DNA of 64,000 nt from Rhodobiaceae bacterium (GTDB lineage Bacteria > Pseudomonadota > Alphaproteobacteria > Rhizobiales > G965224185), in contig OZ245042.1 of NCBI GenBank assembly GCA_965224185.1, positions 804,134-868,133 of the forward strand. Direction: 5' to 3'. The notes below the pieces were generated by a model, which was given only the letters and a program-made list of their open reading frames with translations, was not told where the DNA came from and searched no databases. Shown here piece after piece: positions 16,583-25,828 of this stretch; within the stretch, counting starts at the first letter, position 1, and each line of letters opens with the position of its first letter. Position numbers and translations under genes: made by a program.

Positions 16583-18105
16583 GTCCCCTGTGAAGAATTC
16601 CCATGCTGCTGCCTGGATTGGTGTTTTTCACCGGTTGCAGTATTCGGTTTTGCAAGGATTGTTGGTTTTGACGGTCGGTTTCTTGCGTTTTTGGGTTCGT
16701 TTTTGTGAGCGAATATGATTCCCTGGTCGTTGTGATTTTGGGGGATTTCGATGCGCCCGAAGAAGCCGAAGACAACCGACCACGGCGACCTTTTCAAAGC
16801 CCGTCTCGATCAGATCATCAACATGAAGCACGAACTGGTTCTGCTGGCTGACCGGGTCGATTGGGACTGGATCGACGAAGAACTGGCGCCGTTTTTCTCC
16901 GACTGGGGCCGGCCGGGGGAACCGGTCCGGTTCATGATCGGCATGTTCCTGTTGAAGGCCACCTACGGCTTGTCGGATGAACAAGTCTGGGAACGCTGGG
17001 TGCACGATCCGTATTTTCAGTACTTTACCGGCGAGGCATTCTTCCAGCATGAACTCAGGCACGAGCGCTCAGGCATGAGCCATTGGCGCAAGCGCATCGG
17101 TGACAAGCTGGATATTCTGCTCGCCGAGACGTTGCGCATTGCCCACGATGTCGGCGCTCTGAAGAAGAGCGACCTGGCGCGGGTGACCGTTGACACCACC
17201 GTGCAGCCGAAGGCAATCACCTTCCCGACCGACGCCAAGCTCATGCTGGTGGCGATCGAGCAGTTGAACCGGCTTGCCAAGGCGCATGGGGTCGAGGTGC
17301 GCCAGTCCTATCTTCGGGTCGCCAAAAAGGCCGCAATCATGGCCGGACGCTATGCCCATGCCAAGCAGTTCAAGCGCCACAACCGGCAGCTCAAGTTCCT
17401 GCGCACCCGGCTCGGGCGGCTGATCCGCGATATCCGTCGCAAAACCGAAGCGCACGAGGATCTGAGAGCCGTCTTCGCCTTGCCGCTGTCAAAGGCCGAC
17501 CAGATCCGAGGACAGAAGCAGCGCCAGCGGGGCTGGAAGCTCTATTCATGGCATGCGCCGGAGACCGAGTGCATCGGCAAAGGCAAGGCGCACAAGCCGT
17601 ACGAATTTGGCTGCAAGGTCTCAATCACCACCACCAACAAGCGCTGCAAGGGCGGCCAGTTCATCCTTCATGCCAAGGCGTTCCATGGAAACCCATATGA
17701 CGGCCATACCTTGGGGAATGTGATCGAGGAAACGGAGTTGCTGACCGGCAGGGAAATCGAACGGGTCTACGTCGATAAAGGGTATCGAGGCCACGACGCA
17801 CCGCATCCGCGCCGGGTCTTCAGATCCGGACAAAAACGCGGCGTCCATGGCCAGATCAAACGCGAACTCAGACGGCGATCCGCTGTCGAGGCCGTCATTG
17901 GCCATTGCAAGACCGACGGCCATCTGGGACGAAACTACTTGCATGGCCGTCTCGGGGATCGCATCAATGCCACAATGAGCGCCGTCGGATACAACATCCG
18001 ACGCATCCTCAGGTGGTTGAGGATACTCTTAAGCAAAACCCTCAAAACAATCCTGGGAGCAATCGCCGGTCAATCAGCCCTCAAAGCCGCTTCTTAACAT
18101 TCGAC
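16583..18105 (+). mobile_element. IS5/IS1182-family insertion sequence with TATA(TA) target duplication and imperfect terminal inverted repeats
   Basis: Relative to copy 1, the flanks read cttatata|IS|...ctatata accggg. The ends gtcccctgtgaagaa and (reverse complement) gtcgaatgttaagaa form an imperfect IR. It encodes a 448-aa DDE transposase. Confidence 0.75.
16751..18097 (+). CDS. IS5-family DDE transposase
   Basis: N-terminal InsH-like domain (LVLLADRVDWDWIDEELAPFFSDWGRPGEPVRFMIGMFLLKATYGLSDEQVWERWVHDPYFQYFTGE) and a C-terminal DDE region (VYVDKGYRGHD...). Confidence 0.85.
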   Translation: MRPKKPKTTDHGDLFKARLDQIINMKHELVLLADRVDWDWIDEELAPFFSDWGRPGEPVRFMIGMFLLKATYGLSDEQVWERWVHDPYFQYFTGEAFFQHELRHERSGMSHWRKRIGDKLDILLAETLRIAHDVGALKKSDLARVTVDTTVQPKAITFPTDAKLMLVAIEQLNRLAKAHGVEVRQSYLRVAKKAAIMAGRYAHAKQFKRHNRQLKFLRTRLGRLIRDIRRKTEAHEDLRAVFALPLSKADQIRGQKQRQRGWKLYSWHAPETECIGKGKAHKPYEFGCKVSITTTNKRCKGGQFILHAKAFHGNPYDGHTLGNVIEETELLTGREIERVYVDKGYRGHDAPHPRRVFRSGQKRGVHGQIKRELRRRSAVEAVIGHCKTDGHLGRNYLHGRLGDRINATMSAVGYNIRRILRWLRILLSKTLKTILGAIAGQSALKAAS

Positions 18106-18437
18106 TATATAACCGGGATGATCCTGCATCCCGCCTCTCCGCTCCGCCGGCATTTACATTTGACCGGCGCCGGCTATGGTAGCCGCCGGACCGGCAGCCG
18201 TCGGTCCTCGGGGTCTGATAGCCCCACCAACAGCGTTTGGCATCAGACGCATTGATGCCTCCTCGCACCTTTCGGTCGGGGAGGCAATGGCGTATGTCCA
18301 GGGCCCCGGCCTAAAGGTCATTGCGGCCGACTGTTGGCGGTCTATCAGCTCCCCGGCTACCAGGGTTAAGCCCTGGTGGCCGTTTTCTTTTCCGGCCACG
18401 GGAGCGCGCCATGGAGACCGCCGATTTCTAGACATCA

Positions 18438-18770
18438 TTGTTCAACGCCTATCTCGCCTCGCCGGACTGGATCAAGGGGCTTGCCGTCATTCTCGCCTTC
18501 GCCGCGCCGTCGGCGGTGCTGATGGGTCTCGCCTGGCTCGCCTTCGGCCAAAGGCGCGGCGACAAAACGGCCGGAGACCGCTTAACCGACCCGCCCGATC
18601 CGGCCTGCCCCCTGGTCTATTCCGTCCAACGCGCTCCGGACGGCACCCTGCGCCGGTTCATGCATCCAGGCAATGGCAGCCCGGTGGAACTCCCGGCTGC
18701 GGAAGGCGTTGCTGCACTGGAACGGCCGGCGGACGGAGGGCGGCGCGGCGTGGCGGATGCGGCTGGGTAG
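18438..18770 (+). CDS. Copy-2 paralog of the small single-TM protein (possible TTG start; the upstream ATG frame has acquired a stop)
   Basis: MFNAYLASPDWIKGLAVILAFAAPSAVLMGLAWLAFGQRRGD... aligns with the 10667-10981 product. The METADF* frame is stopped by tag at the position corresponding to copy 1's tgg. Confidence 0.4.
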   Translation: MFNAYLASPDWIKGLAVILAFAAPSAVLMGLAWLAFGQRRGDKTAGDRLTDPPDPACPLVYSVQRAPDGTLRRFMHPGNGSPVELPAAEGVAALERPADGGRRGVADAAG

Positions 18771-18877
18771 GTGGGGATTGGGGGTGGCGCGGGGAAGCGG
18801 ATTGGGAGGTATTTATCCAGATCGGTCATTCTTTTGACGGCAGCGGTGGTGTTTTCGAGCTAAGTTTGCCGCATTAC

Positions 18878-19765
18878 TTAGTCCAACACCTCAGTTACCC
18901 TTACATGCTCATAGCGGCTGTTAAGGTACTCCCACTCATCCTTTGTTACACGAAGGCCATCCAGCCAAATCCGCTTGAGTGATTTGATTTTTTGCAACCT
19001 TGGCAGCGTTCCCTCGGCTGTAAACTTTGTTTGCTCCTCATGCCCGCCAATCGACAAGTATTCCAAATTGGGGAGTGATGACAACATGTCAATTTCCTGT
19101 TCCCCGGTGGAGGTGGCCCAGATATCCAATTCCTTGAGCTGCTTCATTGAGCAGATATTCTTCAGCCCCTTTCTTGTAATTTCGGTTCCACCAATCTCCA
19201 GTTTGGTAATTCTTTTTGATTGTGAGACGACATACGCAAACTCGTCATTGAAATTCGAACTTTCGAAATCGAGGCTGGTCAATGAAGGCATTTCAAGGAG
19301 CAGTTCAAGCGCTTTTACTGTGATTTCGGCATATTGTGCTCCAAGTGTTGTAAGAACTGGAAGCTTAGCCAATTCAATTAAATCAGCTTCACGTAAGTCG
19401 AAGTCGCAGCGCAGATCGGTCAAACACTCTGCATCCTTGCAACCTGCTAATTTCCCAGGGGGCTTGAGCCCAAATATGAATAGTTTTTGTAAATTGGGCA
19501 GAGAAATCACATACCGCGCTGCCGCACGAGTTATATCGCACCACAATTCCATGCTATGAACCGAATGAATTGTATTGAATTTTTTTGCAACTCTTTCGGT
19601 GATCAATTTTTCATTTCTTATGTATATCTCATCAAAATGTGGATACTTGGAGAATTCATCTATATGATTTTTGCTTATTGATCCTTCAATTCTCAATTTG
19701 CATTCAGATTGATCGCTGTTTTTGTCAATCACCAAGTCATCCTTATTTTCAAATCTCAATTCCAA
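18878..19765 (-). CDS. Leucine-rich-repeat protein of the RNI-like (cysteine-containing LRR) type, in a low-GC islet
   Basis: Repeats such as ITKLEIGGTEITRKGLKNICSMKQLKELDIWATSTGEQEIDMLSSLPNLEYLSIGG. The surrounding DNA (about 18780-19900) is roughly 42 % GC, against about 64 % for the locus. Confidence 0.6.
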   Translation of the reverse strand: MELRFENKDDLVIDKNSDQSECKLRIEGSISKNHIDEFSKYPHFDEIYIRNEKLITERVAKKFNTIHSVHSMELWCDITRAAARYVISLPNLQKLFIFGLKPPGKLAGCKDAECLTDLRCDFDLREADLIELAKLPVLTTLGAQYAEITVKALELLLEMPSLTSLDFESSNFNDEFAYVVSQSKRITKLEIGGTEITRKGLKNICSMKQLKELDIWATSTGEQEIDMLSSLPNLEYLSIGGHEEQTKFTAEGTLPRLQKIKSLKRIWLDGLRVTKDEWEYLNSRYEHVRVTEVLD

Positions 19766-19918
19766 TTCAAGATGGGTTATTATCGATCACTGTTCGCGCG
19801 CAACAATTCCATTCCTATTAGAAATTGGAAACCGACCAACGAATGCTCGCAATAGTTTGCACGACTTAAGGCGGTCTCATACGCGCATCTCTGCGCAAAT
19901 CAACTGCACGCGCGCCCC

Positions 19919-21325
19919 TCACCGTGCGCCCCGATACATGCCCCCATAGGCGCCGCGCTTGACGAATTCTCCGTCGCCGGCCTGGCCTATATAATTGCCC
20001 TTGTCGATGACCACCTTGCCGCGGCTTAAGACCGTCTCCGTCATGCCTTTCACCGGCATGCCCTCAAAGGCGTTGTAGTCGATATTCATGTGGTGGGTGT
20101 GGGAATTATAGTAGCTTATCGTTTCCTCGCGCTCGGTATCGAAGATGACGATATCGGCGTCGGAGCCGACCGCGATTGTGCCTTTTTTCGGGAACAGGCC
20201 GAAAATCTTGGCCGGCGCGGTGGAGGTCAGGTCGACGAAACGGTTGATGTCGAAATGGCCGCCGCCGACGCCATAGTGATAGATCAGGCTCATGCGGTTT
20301 TCGATGCCCGGCCCGCCATTGGGGATCTTGGAAAAGTCGTTCTTGCCGATCTCCTTCTGCTCCTTCAGGCAGAACGGGCAATGGTCGGTGGAGATGGAAT
20401 TGAGCGCGTCGCCGCGCAGGCCGTTCCATAAGTGATCCTGGTTCCACTTTTCCCGCAGCGGCGGCGTCAGCACATATTTGGCGCCGTCGAAGCCGGGCTC
20501 GTCATAGGCCTTGACGTCGAGCAGCAGATATTGCGGGCAGGTCTCGCCATGGGCCATGACGCCGCGCGCCTGGGCAAGCCGCAATTCCTGCAAGGCGTCG
20601 TAGCAGCTCAAGTGCACGATATAGACCGGTGACTTGGCAACCTCGGCGATGGCCAGCGCCCGGTGCGTGCCCTCGGCTTCAAGCCGCGTCGGCCGGGTGA
20701 GCGCGTGGTATTTCGGTTCGATATGGCCCTCAGCCAGGGCGATCTTGATCAATTCGTCGATGACGATGCCGTTTTCGGCATGCATGCAGACCAGGGTGCC
20801 GTCCTCGCCGGCCTTGCGCATGGTGCGGAAGATGGTGGCGTCGTCGGAGAGCATGGCGCCCGGATAGGCCATGAACAGCTTGTAGGAGGTCACGCCGGCA
20901 TCGGCGAGCATGCGCATTTCGTTGGTGCGGTCTTCCGGCATGTCGGTGATGATCATGTGAAAGGCGTAGTCGATCGCCGTCTTGCCGGCCGCCTTGGCGT
21001 GCCAGGTGTCGAGGGTTTCCAACGTCGAGGTGCCGCGGGTCTGCACCGCGAAATCGATGATGCAGGTGGTGCCGCCATGGGCCGCGGCGCGGGTGCCGGT
21101 CTCGAACGTATCGGAGGTGACCGTGCCGCCGAATGGCAGTTCCAGATGGGTGTGCGGGTCGACGCCGCCGGGAATGACCAGCTTGCCGGCGGCATCGATG
21201 ACCGTGTCGGCCGGGATATCCAGGTTGCGGCCGATCAGATCGACCTCGGACGTGTTGATAAAGATATCGGCAATATAGTCATCGGCGGCCGTAACGATGC
21301 GGCCATTCTTGATCAAGACGCTCAA
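19919..21325 (-). CDS. Dihydropyrimidinase / D-hydantoinase
   Basis: VLIKNGRIV...GKLVIPGGVDPHTHLELPFGG...HGGTTCIIDF... are cyclic-amidohydrolase hallmarks. The likely TTG start at 21325 is preceded by a GGGAGGG Shine-Dalgarno. The supplied ORF extends to 21442 with a low-complexity N-terminus. Confidence 0.8.
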   Translation of the reverse strand: MSVLIKNGRIVTAADDYIADIFINTSEVDLIGRNLDIPADTVIDAAGKLVIPGGVDPHTHLELPFGGTVTSDTFETGTRAAAHGGTTCIIDFAVQTRGTSTLETLDTWHAKAAGKTAIDYAFHMIITDMPEDRTNEMRMLADAGVTSYKLFMAYPGAMLSDDATIFRTMRKAGEDGTLVCMHAENGIVIDELIKIALAEGHIEPKYHALTRPTRLEAEGTHRALAIAEVAKSPVYIVHLSCYDALQELRLAQARGVMAHGETCPQYLLLDVKAYDEPGFDGAKYVLTPPLREKWNQDHLWNGLRGDALNSISTDHCPFCLKEQKEIGKNDFSKIPNGGPGIENRMSLIYHYGVGGGHFDINRFVDLTSTAPAKIFGLFPKKGTIAVGSDADIVIFDTEREETISYYNSHTHHMNIDYNAFEGMPVKGMTETVLSRGKVVIDKGNYIGQAGDGEFVKRGAYGGMYRGAR

Positions 21326-21459
21326 TTGTCCCTCCCGGGTGATCCCCTGTTCCCTCGTTTCAAAGCTTAATGTATCATTTTCCCGATTGCATGATGAAAA
21401 CAATAAGGACTGAATGTGATCCGCACACTTGCGAGACAGCATAAAACGGGAGCATAAGC

Positions 21460-22734
21460 ATGGCCAAATCGATCAAGGTAAATCTCAAAAACGGGGTATC
21501 CCGCCGCGCATTCGTGGCCGGGTCGGCGAGCCTGGCTGCGGCAGGCGCGGTCACCGGATTTCCGAATATCGTGCGGGCGGCCGATCCGGTGCGCACAGTC
21601 GGCCTCGGGGTGAGCATCATCAACGAGATCCAGGGCCAGGCCTCCACCGATCTCGGCTTTCCGGTGCGCGGCCAGGCGCTCGGCTATGGCGCCATGTTCG
21701 GCAAGATGCTGAACCAGAACGATCAATATGAGGTCGCCGAAGGCTATTACAACGACATGGACGTGATGGGCCCGGCGAAGGTGTGGCAGCCGATCGACAC
21801 GAGCCGTATCAAGGACTGGGACAAAGTCTCCGATCTGTGCAAGACCGGGCGGCTGACGCCGGAATCCAATATCGGCCAGGGCGACGCACCGGTGCATCAT
21901 CTGTGGGTGGACGAGAACGGCAACAAGACCGACGGTCCGTCGAAATATATCTCCATGGTGCCCGGATGGCACAATGCGGATTCCATCGGCTACAATCCGG
22001 ACGAGACCGGCCGGCGGATCGAGAGCTGGGCGGATCTGTTCCACGAGGACTTCAAGGGCCGCATCGCGCTGTTGAACGTGCCGCAGGTCGGCACCATGGA
22101 TGCCGCGCTCGCCGTGGAGGGCCTCGGGCTTTACAAGTTCAAAGACAAGGGCAACATGACCCGCGAGGAGATCGATTTCCTGATCAACTTCCTGATCGAA
22201 AAGAAGCAGGAAGGCTATTTCCGGGCCTTCTGGGAAACCTTCGGGCAGTCGGTCAATCTGATGGTCTCCGGCGAGGTGGCGCTGGAAAGCATGTGGTCGC
22301 CGGCGGTGACCGCGGTGAAGGCGGAAGGTGTGCCGTGCGTCTATGCGAGCCCGAAAGAGGGCATGCGCGGCTGGCATGGCGGCCTGGCGATTTCCGCCAA
22401 GGTTTCGGGCAAGATGCTCGACCAGTGTTATGACTACATCAACTGGTGGCTCTCCGGCTGGCCCGGCGCCTTCGTCGCCCGGCAGGGCTATTACATGTCG
22501 GTGCCCGACAACGTGAAGACGGCGCTGGAGCCGGAGGAATGGGACTTCTGGTATATGGGCAAGCCGGCAGCGAAGGAACTGCCCGACCCGTTCGGCACCA
22601 TCATCGTCGAAAAAGGCGAAACCCGCGACGGCGGCTCCTATTGGGACCGCTTCAAGAATATCGCGGTGTGGAACTCGCTGATGGACGAAAACGACTATCT
22701 GGTCAAACGCTGGACGGAGTTCCTGAGCGCCTGA
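21460..22734 (+). CDS. ABC transporter periplasmic substrate-binding protein (PotD/PotF-like family 1), Tat-type signal
   Basis: N-terminal signal SRRAFVAGSASLAAAGAVTG. 424 aa. The same locus carries PotB/PotC-like permeases and a PotA-like ATPase. Confidence 0.6.
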   Translation: MAKSIKVNLKNGVSRRAFVAGSASLAAAGAVTGFPNIVRAADPVRTVGLGVSIINEIQGQASTDLGFPVRGQALGYGAMFGKMLNQNDQYEVAEGYYNDMDVMGPAKVWQPIDTSRIKDWDKVSDLCKTGRLTPESNIGQGDAPVHHLWVDENGNKTDGPSKYISMVPGWHNADSIGYNPDETGRRIESWADLFHEDFKGRIALLNVPQVGTMDAALAVEGLGLYKFKDKGNMTREEIDFLINFLIEKKQEGYFRAFWETFGQSVNLMVSGEVALESMWSPAVTAVKAEGVPCVYASPKEGMRGWHGGLAISAKVSGKMLDQCYDYINWWLSGWPGAFVARQGYYMSVPDNVKTALEPEEWDFWYMGKPAAKELPDPFGTIIVEKGETRDGGSYWDRFKNIAVWNSLMDENDYLVKRWTEFLSA

Positions 22735-22758
22735 GGACCACTTGAGCGGACCAAACGG

Positions 22759-22794
22759 AGCAGCGGCCGCGGCATTTCGCGGCCGCTGTTTTTT
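22759..22794 (+). terminator. Rho-independent terminator (bidirectional position between convergent genes)
   Basis: agcggccgcg-gcatttc-gcggccgct followed by TTTTTT. Confidence 0.7.
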
Positions 22795-22860
22795 ACTGGG
22801 GGATTCCGTCTGTTGAGGAAAACCAGGATGTCCTGGCCTGTCGAATTCGCTGGTTACGCT

Positions 22861-23796
22861 TCAATTCTTCACCACCACACACGCCGCCCCCCGCGCTCTG
22901 AGCCGCTTGCACAGCGCAAGGGCCTTGGCCCGGCTCGGGGCGCCCAGTCTTACGGTGTAGATCGGCCGGCGGCCGCGGCTCTTGTTGACTTTGCGGACGA
23001 TCATGGGAGCACGGTTTTTTATGATTGCCCGGTGTCTGGCGCGGATGCGGGCATAGAGCTTCAGGGCGACGCCGCGGCGGAAATTCGCCGCCACCTGGAC
23101 GCCCCAGGGCTGCCAGTTCGCCGTCGGCTTGGCCGCCACCTTGAAGCCCGCCGGGCGCACCGGCAGCTTGCGGCAGGCGGCCTGGAACGAGGCCTTTTTA
23201 TCGAGGCGGTAATCGGGCTTTTCAGCCTTTTTGGCCTTCCAGTCCTCCGCGGTGAATCCGGTGATTGAGGCCACATAGTCGCGGGTCTCGTAGGGCAGAC
23301 CGGTGGCGCCGGCAAGCCAGCGGCTGACCCGGTTTTCCCCGGCATTGTAGGCGGCGGCGGCAAAGCCGAGATTGCCGAATTGCGCCTTCAGGTCGGCCAG
23401 ATAACGCGCCGAGGCGGCGATCGCCGTCTGCGGATCGAACGGATTTTCCAGGCCGCGCAACTTCGCCGTGCCGGGCATGAACTGGGCAATCCCTTGTGCC
23501 CCTTTGGGGCTTACCGCGTTCGGATTGAAGCGGCTTTCCTTCCAGATGAGGCGCGCCAGAAAACCTTTCGGAAGGCCGGTCCGCACCGCCTCCTGCTCCA
23601 ACATTGTGCAAACCCGGTGGATGAAGGGCCGTTTTTTCGCCGATTTCTCCGGATGCGGAATGGTATCGCGGTTGGCGATGGAATCGTGGCTGGTCCCGCC
23701 GGGTGCGGCATGGCCTTCGGCCACCGGCATAAGCATGATCGCCATGGCTGCGATGACCGGCAACAAGGCCACCGGCCGGGGGTCGCTACGGGTCAT
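22861..23796 (-). CDS. Lytic transglycosylase (SLT domain) with C-terminal SPOR-like domain
   Basis: An SLT motif set is present: ...ESRFNPNAVSPKGAQGIAQFMPGTA...AAAYNAGENRV... There is a signal peptide and the C-terminus YTVRLGAPSRAKALALCKRLRARGAACVVV is SPOR-like. Confidence 0.75.
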   Translation of the reverse strand: MTRSDPRPVALLPVIAAMAIMLMPVAEGHAAPGGTSHDSIANRDTIPHPEKSAKKRPFIHRVCTMLEQEAVRTGLPKGFLARLIWKESRFNPNAVSPKGAQGIAQFMPGTAKLRGLENPFDPQTAIAASARYLADLKAQFGNLGFAAAAYNAGENRVSRWLAGATGLPYETRDYVASITGFTAEDWKAKKAEKPDYRLDKKASFQAACRKLPVRPAGFKVAAKPTANWQPWGVQVAANFRRGVALKLYARIRARHRAIIKNRAPMIVRKVNKSRGRRPIYTVRLGAPSRAKALALCKRLRARGAACVVVKN

Positions 23797-23969
23797 GGAC
23801 TGTGTGATCGGCACAGATCGCAATTCCGTCGGAACCGGGCGAGACCCGATCCATGACGGCAACCATGTTCGGGCGGGACCGGCATCATCGGTTTTCAAAA
23901 ATTTCACGGCCGCAATCATTCGACCGGTTGGACCACCATGTCTACACTTCGGATTCGGTCAAAATAGCG

Positions 23970-24386
23970 TCAACGGAACCGACAGCAAAAATCGGCGACC
24001 CGGCCGTCGAAACCCGGAACGGATTGCGTGACATGGTGGAAATCGAACATGCGATCACTTTCGTCCTGGCAGCCGCCGGGTGTGTGAGTGATCGTACCGG
24101 CAATGCCGTGGCTGGTCCGGTAGCGCCATGGGTCCTCGCCGGAAAATTCCACGCTGCCCGGGGTCCGGGTGATCGCATCGCCGGAAAATGCATCAATGAA
24201 AGTCGACTGCATGCCGGCGCCGCCACAGGTGAATTCGACCGCCCAGTTGGGTTCGAAACCGGCGCAAATCATGGTCGTGCCCGGCGGTACCAGGCCGTTG
24301 CAGGACAGGTCCGCCGCAACGCCAGGCGCGGTTGCCATGGTGAGGCAAATCGGCAGCGCGATCATGGGTCGCCAAAACGGGGTCAT
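23970..24386 (-). CDS. Secreted hypothetical protein / lipoprotein candidate
   Basis: Signal peptide MTPFWRPMIALPICLTMATAPGVAADLSC. 139 aa. Confidence 0.45.
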   Translation of the reverse strand: MTPFWRPMIALPICLTMATAPGVAADLSCNGLVPPGTTMICAGFEPNWAVEFTCGGAGMQSTFIDAFSGDAITRTPGSVEFSGEDPWRYRTSHGIAGTITHTPGGCQDESDRMFDFHHVTQSVPGFDGRVADFCCRFR

Positions 24387-24672
24387 GGCTGGCTCTCCTG
24401 AAATGGAGCGGGTTGAACCCGCCCGGTTACGCAATGAATAATCGATAAATCGCGGTTAAGTTGGATTGCCGGACGACTATACGCCTCATAGCGATGTCAC
24501 TCAACACAAGCCGGGGCAACGCGAAGGCGTTCGGGACGGGGCGATGCCTCAGCGGCTCGTCGGGCACTTTACCGGCCGGCCCGGCGGTACAGATTTTAGC
24601 CTGTCAATCCCGGCCCGCTTTGCCATAATGCGGACTGCGATCAAGGGACCCAATAGCGGCGAAGAGGGGGGC

Positions 24673-25653
24673 ATGGCGGAGACGACCGAGCATTATCACC
24701 CCGGACTAATCGGCGATCAGCCGATCCCGTCCGGCCAGGTATCCGGCGGGAAGGCCTCCAACCGGGACCAGGGCTTCTCCGCCGGCTGGCTGATCGCGCC
24801 GGCCGCGCTTTGGCTGTTGGTCTTCCTGGTCATTCCGCTGGTGTCGATCGTGGTATTCAGCCTGGTGGAGGTTTCGAGCGGCGGCGAGGGGCGACAGTTC
24901 ACGCTTTCCTTTTATGCAGAATACTTCACCAATGAGGGCTTTTTCGATCCCGAATCCCGCCGCTTCCTGACCTTGAGCGTGTTCATGCGCACGCTCGGCA
25001 GCACGATCTACTTCACCGGCCTGGTGATGATCCTGTGCCTGCTGATCGGCTATCCGATCGCCTATTTCCTGGCCATGCAGGTGCAGTCCTTCAAGTGGCA
25101 GATGTCGCTGTTTCTGCTTGCCATGGTACCGTTCTGGACGAGCTACCTGATCCGCGCGGTGGCCTGGCTGCCGATGCTCGGGCGGCGCGGACTGCTCAAC
25201 AAGGCGCTGGTCAGCATGGGCATAATCGATAAGCCCATGCAATTCCTGCTCTATTCGGAATTCGGTTATGTGATGGCCCTGGTTCAGCTCTATGTTGTGC
25301 TGTCGATCGGGCCGATCTTCTTCTCGCTCGCCAAGATCGACCGGGGGATTATCGAGGCGGCGAAGGATATGGGGGCAACGCCGTTTCAGATCTTCCGCGA
25401 AATCATCGGGCCGCTGTCGCTGCCGGGCGTGGCGATCGGCATGATCTTCATCTTCGTCATGCTGATGGGCGAATTCGCCACCGCCGTCGTTGTCTATGGC
25501 GGCAAGACCAGCACGGTCGGCACGGTGATCCTCAATTACTATGCCATTGCCAATTACCCGTTCGCGGCAGTCAACGCGCTGATGCTGATGGTGGCCATGA
25601 TGATCGGCGTCATCATCATCCTGCGCATCGTCGATATCCGAAAGGAATTGTGA
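24673..25653 (+). CDS. ABC transporter permease (PotB-like)
   Basis: Six TM helices and the EAA loop IIEAAKDMGATPFQIFREIIGPLSLPG. Confidence 0.8.
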   Translation: MAETTEHYHPGLIGDQPIPSGQVSGGKASNRDQGFSAGWLIAPAALWLLVFLVIPLVSIVVFSLVEVSSGGEGRQFTLSFYAEYFTNEGFFDPESRRFLTLSVFMRTLGSTIYFTGLVMILCLLIGYPIAYFLAMQVQSFKWQMSLFLLAMVPFWTSYLIRAVAWLPMLGRRGLLNKALVSMGIIDKPMQFLLYSEFGYVMALVQLYVVLSIGPIFFSLAKIDRGIIEAAKDMGATPFQIFREIIGPLSLPGVAIGMIFIFVMLMGEFATAVVVYGGKTSTVGTVILNYYAIANYPFAAVNALMLMVAMMIGVIIILRIVDIRKEL

Positions 25654-25691
25654 CGATGGTGCCAGTAATTGACCTCAATAGGCCATCGGCA

Positions 25692-25775
25692 GTCATTCCC
25701 GCGAAAGCGGGAATCCAGGGCCAATTGGCACCGAGTTGCTTCGTCGCCCTGGATTCCCGCTTTCGCGGGAATGAC
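25692..25775. repeat. REP family 1 doublet between the permease genes
   Basis: gtcattcccgcgaaagcgggaatccagggcc...gccctggattcccgctttcgcgggaatgac. Confidence 0.8.
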
Positions 25776-25828
25776 AGTAAATATCTTAGACGGCCTTCCG
25801 TGTATTTTCGGCCAGTGGCGGGTCGGCC

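Larger units (their letters stand above)
16370..18693 (+). repeat. Copy 2 of the duplicated about 800-bp module, interrupted by an IS5-family element (segments 16370-16582 and 18112-18693)
   Basis: Alignment to copy 1. The insertion point lies inside the cttatata promoter-like hexamer. Confidence 0.8.
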
